37,836 nucleotides of DNA from Opitutus sp. GAS368 (GTDB lineage: Bacteria; Verrucomicrobiota; Verrucomicrobiia; Opitutales; Opitutaceae), in contig CAMAVZ010000018.1 in NCBI GenBank assembly GCA_945861645.1, forward strand, positions 1 to 37,836, written 5' to 3'. The position numbers and the translations under genes are program-made. Positions 1 to 8,706 of this stretch are shown here, in pieces. Each line of letters starts with the position of its first letter. Position 1 is the stretch's first letter. Under the pieces are notes generated by a model. That model was not told the origin of the DNA. It searched no databases and saw nothing but the letters and a program-made list of their open reading frames with translations.

Positions 1-1
1 C

Positions 2-1981
2 ACGGGCACAGGTGATGCGGGCAGTTATACGGTGGTCGCCACTAATAATAGTGGCGCCGTCACTTCCTCCGCCGCGACTCTTACGGTCAATCCCGCCCCA
101 CCGGTTTTGCCGACGACGCAAATGGTTATCACGGGCAAGCCGGTCGCTCTGGGGATCGTCACTAGCACTACCGGCACGATCAAGTGGCAGGTGTCCACCG
201 ACAGTGGTTCGACCTACACCGACCTCGCGGACAATGCGACTTACCGTGGCACCACGACAGCGGTCCTCGAGATCTTGCAGGCCACCAACGCCCTCAACAA
301 TAATCGCTACCGCTACCAAGTCACCCTCAGCGGACAAACCACCGCCAGCACCGCTACCACGCTCAGTGTTAAGCCGGCGTATTTACTGATGCCGGTGGGG
401 CTCAAGATTGATTCGGCCAACAACCTGTATGTCACCGACGCGGCCGCCCAGGTGGTCGTTAAAATCACGAGTGATTTCAAAATCGCCAGTCTCGCCGGCA
501 CCGCCATCGCCATGGGTTCCACCGACGGCACGGGCACGGTCGCCCGGTTTAATGAACCGACTGACCTCGTGATCAACGGCGATGGCAGCTTTCTCTTAAC
601 GGATACCAGTAATGCTTCCTTGCGCAAAGTGACGACCGCCGGCGTGGTCACAACTTTCGCGGGCACGAGTGGCAGCAAAGGCAGCGCGGATGGGACCGGC
701 GCCGCGGCGCGCTTTTCTGCTCCTGTCGGCATTACCCGCGATACGGCTGGCAACGTTTACGTGGCCGACCAAACCAACCACGTTATCCGGCGCGTCACTC
801 CCGCGGGAGTTGTCACCACCCTCGCCGGCACTGCCGGCACCGTGGGCTCCACCGACGGCACGGGCGCAGCGGCGCGTTTCAATTTGCCCACGGGAGTGGC
901 GATGAATTCTACCGACCTAATCTACGTCGCTGATTTTGGCAGCCACACCCTGCGTAAAGTTACCAGCTCAGGCATCGTGACTACTTTTGCCGGTACGGCA
1001 GGCACCAGTGGCTCTGTTGACGGCACCGGCGCGGCCGCGCGCTTTAATAAACCAAGTGGTTTGGCGCTCGATTCGGCGGGCAATCTTTACGTTGCTGATA
1101 CGGGTAATTCCACGGTGCGCAAAGTTTCTCCAGCTGGAGTGGTAACCACCCTCGCCGGTTTATCCGCGATTGCTGGGTTGAAGGATGGTACGGGGGCACT
1201 GGCCTGGTTTAATGAACCGGAAGGCGTCACCGCTGATGCCTCTGGTAATCTTTACCTCGCTGATACAGGCAATGCGGTGATCAGAAAAATTACCCCGGCA
1301 GGAGTGGTGACGACGCTCGCGCTTACAGGTACGGTCCCAGTGATTACGACGCAGCCCGCGAGTGTCTCAGTTACGACGGGGAGTTCGGCTTCCCTGAGTG
1401 TTACCGCCAGCGGCGATGGGGTCCTCACTTATCAATGGAAGAAAGACGGCACGGATGTGTCCGGCGCCACGACGGCAACTTATGCGATCAGTGCGACGAG
1501 TTCGACCTCGGCGGGAAGTTACACGGTCGTGGTCAGTAATTTTCTGGGCTCAGTCACGAGTTCAGCCGCAATACTCACAGTGAGCGTATTTCCAGCCATA
1601 ACAACGCAACCCAGCTCACAGACGGTGACTCCAGGTAGCAGCGTGACTTTCAGTGTCGTGGCAACGGGTACGCCAACGCCTACTTATCAGTGGCGCAAAG
1701 ATGGCGTAGCGATCAGTGGAGCGACAGCGACGAGCTATGCGATGTCGTCACCCGTAAGCGGTGATGCGGGTAGCTACACGGTCGTGGTGACGAATGCGGC
1801 TGGTTCTGTCACTAGCTCATCCGCGACCTTAACCGTGAACGCAGCATACGTACCTCCACCCGCAAGCAGCGGTGGTGGTGGGGGAGGTGGCGGCGGAGCC
1901 GTGAGTTCATGGTTTATCGGCGCTTTGGGTTTGCTACTCTTGGCGCGGAGAGTGAGCCGACGCGCCAGCTTTTATCTATAG
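2..1981 (+). CDS. Ig-like domain + NHL-repeat (six-bladed beta-propeller) surface protein with C-terminal GlyGly-CTERM-like sorting signal; 5' truncated by window edge
   Basis: Frame is open from base 2 (TGTGDAGSYTVVATN). Six ~55-aa repeats of the type ARFNxPxGxAxDxAGNLYVADTGNxxIRKITPAGVVTTLAG; Ig I-set-like units (PVITTQPxSxTV...YQWxKDG...AGSYTVVVxN); ends SSGGGGGGGGGAVSSWFIGALGLLLLARRVSRR. Confidence 0.9.
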   Translation, partial: TGTGDAGSYTVVATNNSGAVTSSAATLTVNPAPPVLPTTQMVITGKPVALGIVTSTTGTIKWQVSTDSGSTYTDLADNATYRGTTTAVLEILQATNALNNNRYRYQVTLSGQTTASTATTLSVKPAYLLMPVGLKIDSANNLYVTDAAAQVVVKITSDFKIASLAGTAIAMGSTDGTGTVARFNEPTDLVINGDGSFLLTDTSNASLRKVTTAGVVTTFAGTSGSKGSADGTGAAARFSAPVGITRDTAGNVYVADQTNHVIRRVTPAGVVTTLAGTAGTVGSTDGTGAAARFNLPTGVAMNSTDLIYVADFGSHTLRKVTSSGIVTTFAGTAGTSGSVDGTGAAARFNKPSGLALDSAGNLYVADTGNSTVRKVSPAGVVTTLAGLSAIAGLKDGTGALAWFNEPEGVTADASGNLYLADTGNAVIRKITPAGVVTTLALTGTVPVITTQPASVSVTTGSSASLSVTASGDGVLTYQWKKDGTDVSGATTATYAISATSSTSAGSYTVVVSNFLGSVTSSAAILTVSVFPAITTQPSSQTVTPGSSVTFSVVATGTPTPTYQWRKDGVAISGATATSYAMSSPVSGDAGSYTVVVTNAAGSVTSSSATLTVNAAYVPPPASSGGGGGGGGGAVSSWFIGALGLLLLARRVSRRASFYL

Positions 1982-2173
1982 CAAAATTAATCCTCCGATC
2001 GCTGCTCCTCTGGTTCAATCGGCAATTGCTCGCTCTTATAGGTCGCAATATTGTTAGCGGGAATCTCGCCGCTTTCATCGTGGATCAGCAATCGACAAAC
2101 TAAAACTCGTACCCCAAGCTTAATATATTACTCCGACTAACTCTCCGAGTGGCTCGAAAAAGCGTATTCCGTC

Positions 2174-2214
2174 AAATCCTTGGGTCCTCGGTTCGATTCC
2201 GAGCCTCGCCACCA
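2174..2214 (+). mobile_element. 3' half of tRNA-Phe (orphan fragment), putative attR of a tRNA-integrated element
   Basis: aaa-tcctt-gggtc-ctcgg-ttcgatt-ccgag-cctcgcc-a-cca gives the end of an anticodon loop, the 3' anticodon stem, a 5-nt variable loop, a perfect T-arm, the acceptor 3' strand, discriminator A and CCA. No matching 5' half (GGCGAGG.../D-arm) lies upstream. Confidence 0.8.
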
Positions 2215-2333
2215 CTTTCAGGGGTGGCAGCGGCTGCGCCGCTCGGCCGCTAAGCAGCCGGTTTCGGAATCCTGATGCCTCGGCCTGTCAGCCTCGGGTT
2301 CTCGCTTCGCTCGGAACCGAGACTCGCTATCCC
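2215..2333. repeat. GC-rich multi-hairpin tRNA-trailing element containing a degenerate second copy of the tRNA 3' end
   Basis: Stems cggctgc/gcagccg (2231-2260) and ctcgggttc/gaaccgag (2293-2321). aatcctgatgcctcgg...ccgagactcgctatcc resembles aatccttgggtcctcgg...ccgagcctcgccacca. Confidence 0.5.
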
Positions 2334-2744
2334 TTTACCTCTGTTCAGGCCTGCTTATTTAGGTTCTCTGAGCACAAAGTCTGGGAGTGATACCAGCGAG
2401 ACGAATTCCCCCTTTGATTAGGTTTTTAGGGGCTGCTCGACGCCACGATTTTACCCCTCAAGGCCTCTAACATCTACCCGAGGTAATGCGTCGGCTAGGG
2501 GCCCTGCTTAATATGAGGCTGCTTCGCTTGTAATGGATCTGGTGCGTCGGGGAGATTTTGACGGACTTTCCCAGGCGGATTTATTGAAAATAGTTGTGCA
2601 AAAAGGCGCTCCAACAGGGCTTTTTTTACAAACTGGAGCTCTTATTTAGTAAAAGGCGAGACACTTCGTCGCACCTATTATTTTAGGGATAAAATCCCCC
2701 TTGTCGGGGTCGTAGAGATGACCTTTGTCGCGGCCATCAAGGCT

Positions 2745-3302
2745 ATGAAAATACCTTCTACCAAGTTTCTCGTCCTCGCCACCGTTTTCGCTTTTACCAT
2801 TAAAGCGAAGGCCGGTGACCGTTGGGAAACATTGCGGGCGATCAACTTGGTCGAGAACCCCACGAACCAGACCCACGTCGGTCGATTCGGAGAATTGGGG
2901 CCCTATCAGTTCAGACCAGCGACTTGGCGTATGCATACTGACAAGCCCTTCCACCTGGCGGTACAGCGGGAGACGGCCGATGAAGTGGCGGTGAAGCACT
3001 ACGAGTGGATCAAGCGCGCTTTTGAGCAGGCCAAGGTTCATCCCAGTGCCTTTAACATCGCGATGGCTTGGAATTGCGGCTTGGCGACTGTCCTGCGCGG
3101 GCGTGCTCCTACTGCTAGCTATGACTATGCTCGGCGCGTAGCCAATTTGATTGAGCTGTATCGAGAGTCATTTGTTCAGCCGATCGTCGCAAAAGATCTA
3201 GTTCCAAGCACGCCTCAGCGAGTTTATTTAGAGGAAAACGCCGAGTCGTTGCGTTTTCGGGTCTTAGCGCCCGGACCGCGTTTTGTTTTGGCGACGCGCT
3301 AA
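2745..3302 (+). CDS. Secreted lysozyme-like/lytic transglycosylase-like protein
   Basis: Signal peptide (MKIPSTKFLVLATVFAFTIKAKA). Helix ending in a candidate catalytic Glu (AINLVEN), then GELGPYQF..TW, AMAWNCG and YARRV, which parallel SLT motifs I-III. Alternative start at 2718. Confidence 0.6.
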   Translation: MKIPSTKFLVLATVFAFTIKAKAGDRWETLRAINLVENPTNQTHVGRFGELGPYQFRPATWRMHTDKPFHLAVQRETADEVAVKHYEWIKRAFEQAKVHPSAFNIAMAWNCGLATVLRGRAPTASYDYARRVANLIELYRESFVQPIVAKDLVPSTPQRVYLEENAESLRFRVLAPGPRFVLATR

Positions 3303-3323
3303 ACAGAAAACGCTGGCTGCTAT

Positions 3324-4349
3324 TTACTCCAAAAAGGAGGACTGTTTCGCTGAGGGGTTGGCTTGGCGCGCATCCTCCGCGGCCGACGCGGTATTGAGAT
3401 GGCGGGGTGGCTTAGCGATCCGTGAGGCAACGGCGGCTTCTCGGTCGCTTACGATCCGATCGCAAATTTTCTCAATCTGGAGCTGGAGCCAGTTAGCCGT
3501 CGGGCTATTTTCCGTATAATCGGCCGGCCCATAGTGGTCGATCCGTCCGCTTTGGCGGAGGCGATCATTTTGCTCAAATTCTGCTTTTACGGCGGGATTA
3601 TAGACCGCGTAGGTTTTCCCGCCGCCTTTTTTGACCACGGAGAAGCTCGGAACATCGCTTGGACCATCGGCGATATAGATCATGTTTTGCAGCGGAATGC
3701 GGCGGTCTTCGGCGGCAACTTTGGCGTTCACGTCGATGGCGGCGTTCCGATTTGTGCCCTTGTTGATCTCATAAATGGCGCGAGTCTTGGTGGTGTTATC
3801 GATCATGACGCCGATCTGGGCAATTTCTGCGGCGGCTTCGAGGGGAAATTCTTTTTGCTTAAGAAAGCCGGGCTGCAGCGGATTCTCAATAAATTCGCAG
3901 GCCCAAACCGCATCGATATACGGCGCTAGTTTACTGCCGCGGATCATTTCAGCCAGGCCGGTGCTGACGACGTAGTGCTCTAAGACGATCTCATGCTCGG
4001 CGTATTCGGGCTTAGTCTTTACCCATGCGCGGGAGGATTCAAAAAAAGCGGGTAGACCTGGATAAAAGCCAATCTCGGTGCCGCACTCGCGCAGTACCTT
4101 ATTATTAAGCCCCGGCATCTTGCCAGCTAGCACGTAGGTGAGGAGATGGTTGAGGTAACTGATCTCGGGGGCGATATGGTAGCCACGCTGGAGATAATTA
4201 GCCGCCAGGGCGTTGGTTTCGGCCCAGAACCGAACCTCATCCACCGCGTAACGGCGAAATAAGGGCGCCTGCATGTACTCCGGGATCAAGGTCTTGTCAA
4301 AATCCCAAACGCAGGCGATGATGTTCTGAGTGAAGAGAGTTGAGGCCAT
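3324..4349 (-). CDS. HAD-superfamily hydrolase
   Basis: Motif I WDFDKT, motif II VVSTG, Lys in TTKT, motif IV YIADGPSD. Confidence 0.85.
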   Translation of the reverse strand: MASTLFTQNIIACVWDFDKTLIPEYMQAPLFRRYAVDEVRFWAETNALAANYLQRGYHIAPEISYLNHLLTYVLAGKMPGLNNKVLRECGTEIGFYPGLPAFFESSRAWVKTKPEYAEHEIVLEHYVVSTGLAEMIRGSKLAPYIDAVWACEFIENPLQPGFLKQKEFPLEAAAEIAQIGVMIDNTTKTRAIYEINKGTNRNAAIDVNAKVAAEDRRIPLQNMIYIADGPSDVPSFSVVKKGGGKTYAVYNPAVKAEFEQNDRLRQSGRIDHYGPADYTENSPTANWLQLQIEKICDRIVSDREAAVASRIAKPPRHLNTASAAEDARQANPSAKQSSFLE

Positions 4350-4454
4350 CGCGGATGTTTTCTACGAGACGGCACTTGCGGCCGTTGGTGTAGCCCTTGA
4401 TAAAACCCCGCCGCGAAGCTGACGCAATTCGCAATTTCCTATCTTTCACTCTGC

Positions 4455-5576
4455 ATGGATCTTTTGCCCGATATCATTCCGTTTCAGCGTCGCCTCGATG
4501 AACTCGAGGCGCAGACGGCGGAGCCTGCTTTCTACGCTAACCCACGTAAGGCCACGGAAGTGGCGCGTGAGCAACAAGGGTTGCGCGTATTAGTGGAAGA
4601 ATATGCTGCCTATGAGCGGGTGGGGCGCGAATTGGCCGAGTGCTCCACGCTTTTAAAGGATCCCCTCGCGGATGCCGATCTGCGCTCGCTCGCGCAGCAA
4701 GAACTCCCCGATTTACAAGCGCGCCGCGCCGCCCTGGAGCAGACGGTGCTGCGGTTAATGATTCCACCGGAATCAGCGGACTCGCGTAATACTGTCTTGG
4801 AAATTCGCGCTGGCACCGGTGGCGACGAAGCCGGCTTATTTGCCGCCGAGCTTTATCGCATGTATGTGCGCTATGCCGAAGGTCGCGGCTGGAAAGTTCA
4901 ATCGATGAGCTCCAGCGTTTCTGATCGCGGCGGATTTAAGGAAGTCATTTTTCTTATCACCGGTGAACAAGTTTATAAACAATTAAAATATGAGAGTGGG
5001 GTGCATCGCGTACAGCGCATACCTGTGACGGAGGGCAATGGACGCGTGCATACCTCCACCGTGACGGTGGCCGTTTTGCCGGAGGCTGAGGAGGTGGATG
5101 TGCAGATCGATCCGGAAGATTTACTGATCACCGTGATGCGCGCCAGCGGGCCCGGCGGACAAGGGGTCAATACGACCGATTCGGCCGTGCGGATTGTGCA
5201 TCAGCCAAGCGGGCTAACCGTCTATTGTGCCGATGATCGGTCGCAGATAAAAAATAAAGCGCGGGCCATGGCGGTTCTCCGCTCGCGTTTGCTTAAGCTT
5301 AAAGAAGATGAGGAGCACGCAAAGTATGCGGCCCAGCGGCGCACCCAGATTGGCACGGGCGGTCGCAGCGAGCGCATTCGTACTTATAGCTTCCCGCAAA
5401 ATCGGCTCACCGACCACCGCATCGGGTTAACTATTTATAGCCTACCGGCCATTCTCGAGGGAGCCATCGATAGCATTATTGAGGCGCTGCAGCGGGCGGA
5501 GTTTGAAGAAAAACTGGCGGCGCTCACGGGTGGACCGCTGCCGGTGCGTTCTGCCAGCACGAGTGATGACGATTAA
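4455..5576 (+). CDS. prfA: Peptide chain release factor 1
   Basis: EIRAGTGGDEA, ESGVHRVQRIPVTE (PxT RF1 tripeptide), GPGGQGVN (GGQ), RIRTY; directly upstream of prmC. Confidence 0.97.
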   Translation: MDLLPDIIPFQRRLDELEAQTAEPAFYANPRKATEVAREQQGLRVLVEEYAAYERVGRELAECSTLLKDPLADADLRSLAQQELPDLQARRAALEQTVLRLMIPPESADSRNTVLEIRAGTGGDEAGLFAAELYRMYVRYAEGRGWKVQSMSSSVSDRGGFKEVIFLITGEQVYKQLKYESGVHRVQRIPVTEGNGRVHTSTVTVAVLPEAEEVDVQIDPEDLLITVMRASGPGGQGVNTTDSAVRIVHQPSGLTVYCADDRSQIKNKARAMAVLRSRLLKLKEDEEHAKYAAQRRTQIGTGGRSERIRTYSFPQNRLTDHRIGLTIYSLPAILEGAIDSIIEALQRAEFEEKLAALTGGPLPVRSASTSDDD

Positions 5577-5578
5577 GC

Positions 5579-6424
5579 ATGCCGACTTTACTCGAAATTA
5601 TTAAACGCAGCACTGACTTTCTAGAAAAGCGTGGGGTGGCGTCGGCACGGCTTGATGCGGAGTTGCTTCTGGGCCATGCGCTGGGCTTAAAGCGGATGCA
5701 GCTTTATTTGCAATTTGAGCGGGCCCTCAGCGAGAGTGAGCTGGAGAAGATTCGCCCATTGGTGGTGCGCCGCGGCAACCGTGAACCTCTGCAGCATATT
5801 GTGGGCGAAACGGAATTTTTGGATTTAAAGCTTAAGGTGGATAAGCGCGCGCTTATTCCCCGTCCTGAGACGGAATATTTAATCGAATTGATCACGCCAC
5901 GCTTGGCCGTGGCGCCTGAGCGGATTCTCGATTTGGGCACGGGCAGCGGCGCGATCGCATTGGCTTTGGCCAAAATTTATCCGCAGGCTGCCATTACCGC
6001 CGTGGATCAGAGTGAAACCGCCTTAACTTTAGCTCGGGAAAATGCCGCGGCTTGCGGGTTAAGCGGCCGGGTTAGCTTTTGGTTAGCTGATTGGTTTTCT
6101 GGCCTCACCGCGCAGGATCAATTTCAGCTGATCGTCGCGAATCCCCCTTATCTCACCGATGAAGAGACGCAGGCGACTGAGCCAGAAGTGAAAGATTTTG
6201 AACCCACCATGGCGCTTTCGGCTGGGAAAAATGGCGCGGCGGCACTGGAGAAAATTATCCGCGATGCGCGAACTCATCTAGCCAGCGGCGGTTTGTTGGC
6301 CTGCGAGACGGGCATCACCCAGCATGCCGAATTGCAGGAGCTGGCCGCCACCTTGGGGTACGCGCGGCTCGAATCTTTACAGGATCTGACCGGGCGCGAT
6401 CGCTACCTTCTAGCTTTTCGGTAG
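5579..6424 (+). CDS. prmC: Release factor glutamine N5-methyltransferase
   Basis: EPLQHI, LIPRPETE, DLGTGSG SAM motif, NPPY; 2 bp after prfA. Confidence 0.97.
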   Translation: MPTLLEIIKRSTDFLEKRGVASARLDAELLLGHALGLKRMQLYLQFERALSESELEKIRPLVVRRGNREPLQHIVGETEFLDLKLKVDKRALIPRPETEYLIELITPRLAVAPERILDLGTGSGAIALALAKIYPQAAITAVDQSETALTLARENAAACGLSGRVSFWLADWFSGLTAQDQFQLIVANPPYLTDEETQATEPEVKDFEPTMALSAGKNGAAALEKIIRDARTHLASGGLLACETGITQHAELQELAATLGYARLESLQDLTGRDRYLLAFR

Positions 6425-8632
6425 GCTAGTGATTGCCGTGCTCGGCGGCTGACTAGTCGCCGAAAGCTGCTGGTCTTGCTTTAAATGGAGGCCATCGATG
6501 ACGACGCGCAGCGTTTCACGTAAATGAATATCGAGCTTACTCTGAGCGTCAGCATCGGGGGCATCGGTGTCACCGTCTTCGAGCGTGGCCGCGACCGCTT
6601 GGGGCGCGGTGGCCTCGGCGGTTAACACCGAATCAAGTTTAACGACGCGCGTGGCAAAGTTAGCTTTGGCCAGAAGGTCGCGCTCGGCCTCGATTTTCTT
6701 TTTATAGTCGTCATCGGCTAATTTACTGGCCTCGCGCTGGGCGAGATTCAGGGAAATCGATTTTTGTTCCTGGCGCTCTTTAAACCAATCGATGGTTTTT
6801 TTCAGGTAGAGAAATTCACCGAGCGAGGTCTGCCGCTCGCGGCTGGCTGCGCGCAAAGGTTTGACGACGGTAGGCGCTAAAATCTGGCCCTCGAAGGAAG
6901 TCGACTTAATCTCATCCCACACGAGCGCGTGGGGTAAATCGGCTTCTCCAATCGGCAGAAAATCATCAATCGAAGGTAGGGTGATGTCGGGCGTGACGCC
7001 TTTTTTCTGGGTGGAGGATCCGTTGGGGAGATAAAATTTCTGTACCGTTAATTTGGCGGCTCCCGTGTTTTCGCTATTTTGACTCAGTCGGGGGAGATAA
7101 TTTTTCATTTCCAGCACGGCCTGGACGGTGCCTTTGCCGTGGGTGGTGCTATCGCCAATAATGACGGCCCGACCATAATTTTGTAAGGCGCCGGCAAAAA
7201 TCTCCGAAGCCGAGGCGCTAAAACGTGAGGTCAAGACCGTGAGCGGCCCCGCGTAAGTAATGGCCGAATCATTGTCGCTATCCACGGTGAGATGGCCGAG
7301 GGAGTCCTTCACTTGAACCACCGGGCCTTGTTTGATGAAGAGCCCGGTTAGATCGACGGCTTCGGAAAGCAGGCCGCCGCCATTGCGACGTAGATCAATG
7401 ACGAGCGCTTTAATCCCTTGTTGCTGCAATTTTCCAATGAGCTCAGCGACATCTTTAGTGGCCGTATTTTTTCCCTCATTTTCTTTGGTGTCATCCGAGG
7501 GGCCATAGAATGAATTGAGGGCAATCACCCCCACGGGCGTGGTTTGATTCTGGCCGTTCGGCACTTCGTAAATCGAAGCCGAAGCGCGGGCGGAATTTAA
7601 TTTAATGACATCCCGCGTAATGACGACTTGTTTCGTTTTGGTGGCGTCGATCGCGTCATGGGGCAGAATGGTTAGAGTCACTTTCGTGTTTTTATCCCCG
7701 CGGATCATATCGACGATCCGGCGCAGTTTCATGCCGATGACTTCAATATTTTCTCCGCCGGGTTGTTGCACGGCGATGATCTTGTCGGTCGCGTGAATTT
7801 GACCGCTGGTGTAGGCCGGTCCGCCGGGCACCACTTCACGGATCACGCAATTGCCATCATCCTCAATACTCAGCACCGCGCCGATGCCGACTAATGAGAG
7901 TTTCATTTGAATGCTGAAATCCTGCAAGGTGTCGGAGGAGAAATAGGCAGAGTGGGGGTCATACATCCGCGTGAGACTAGAGAGAAAGGTTTCTTGCACA
8001 TCGCCTGATTCGATATCGCTTAAATTTTTCAGCATGCGCTCGTAGCGTTTGCGCACGGTGGCCTTGGCGTCTTCGATCGGTTTTTTCGCTAAAAGATCTT
8101 GGATGATTTCGTATTTAATTCGGCGGCGCCAAAGATCATCCGCCTCCGCAGCCGTGGCGGGGAAAGGGCTTTTGCTGCGATCGGGGGTGTAGGTCTCGGT
8201 ACTGGTGAAATCGATCGTTTGCTTCAGCTCCTCGAAGAGCCAGGTCGTGCGGGCTTTGACGCGTAGTTCGTAATTTTTATAAATTTCAAAGGCCGTGTCG
8301 ATGTTGCCGAGGTAAGCGAGATCAGTTTCGACGCGGGAGCCGTATTGTCGGCGGAAGGCTTGCTCATCAACGGTCGTGAAGAAAAGCCGTTGGGGATCTA
8401 GTTCCTTGAGGTAGTCAGAAATTAACTGGGGATAATCATCGGGGGTGACGGCATTTTTGTTATAATGAAAATATTCCAGCATCTGAATCAGCGTGCGCGT
8501 CTCCAGCCGCATCATGGGAGTCGTCTTGAACTCGCGATCGGCGACCGCACTGGCCTGGGGCAGTAAAAGCAGTAACAGGGCGACCGTACCAATAAGGTGG
8601 AGGGGACGTAATTTAATGGGGAAGCGGGGCAT
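6410..8632 (-). CDS. prc: Carboxy-terminal processing (tail-specific) protease, peptidase S41 with PDZ domain
   Basis: Signal peptide; DPHS, GIGA (PDZ), IDLRRNGGG, SASASEI (catalytic Ser), GKGTVQ (catalytic Lys), GVTPDI; long Tsp-type C-terminus. Confidence 0.93.
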   Translation of the reverse strand: MPRFPIKLRPLHLIGTVALLLLLLPQASAVADREFKTTPMMRLETRTLIQMLEYFHYNKNAVTPDDYPQLISDYLKELDPQRLFFTTVDEQAFRRQYGSRVETDLAYLGNIDTAFEIYKNYELRVKARTTWLFEELKQTIDFTSTETYTPDRSKSPFPATAAEADDLWRRRIKYEIIQDLLAKKPIEDAKATVRKRYERMLKNLSDIESGDVQETFLSSLTRMYDPHSAYFSSDTLQDFSIQMKLSLVGIGAVLSIEDDGNCVIREVVPGGPAYTSGQIHATDKIIAVQQPGGENIEVIGMKLRRIVDMIRGDKNTKVTLTILPHDAIDATKTKQVVITRDVIKLNSARASASIYEVPNGQNQTTPVGVIALNSFYGPSDDTKENEGKNTATKDVAELIGKLQQQGIKALVIDLRRNGGGLLSEAVDLTGLFIKQGPVVQVKDSLGHLTVDSDNDSAITYAGPLTVLTSRFSASASEIFAGALQNYGRAVIIGDSTTHGKGTVQAVLEMKNYLPRLSQNSENTGAAKLTVQKFYLPNGSSTQKKGVTPDITLPSIDDFLPIGEADLPHALVWDEIKSTSFEGQILAPTVVKPLRAASRERQTSLGEFLYLKKTIDWFKERQEQKSISLNLAQREASKLADDDYKKKIEAERDLLAKANFATRVVKLDSVLTAEATAPQAVAATLEDGDTDAPDADAQSKLDIHLRETLRVVIDGLHLKQDQQLSATSQPPSTAITSLPKS

Positions 8633-8706
8633 GGGATCGGAATGAGAGGTCAGAAAAGAAGAATTGTTTCCACAAATAAAGCTCGGGGTAAAATAGGCCC
8701 GCGCGG

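Noticed and set aside
390-1320. DNA-level tandem repeats of ~165 bp (possible DGR or array)
   Set aside because: They are explained by NHL protein repeats with synonymous divergence. There is no adenine-specific variation and no reverse transcriptase in the window.
1441-1730. DVSGAT and AISGAT in the Ig/NHL protein as ApbE flavinylation motifs
   Set aside because: Both sit in the standard Ig-domain WxKDGxxIxGAT segment, lack the Dxx[ST]GAT spacing, and lie more than 23 kb from apbE in a probable island.
2140-2214. Intact tRNA or tmRNA gene
   Set aside because: No acceptor-stem 5' strand (GGCGAGG) or D-arm lies at the expected position upstream, and no tag reading frame is evident.
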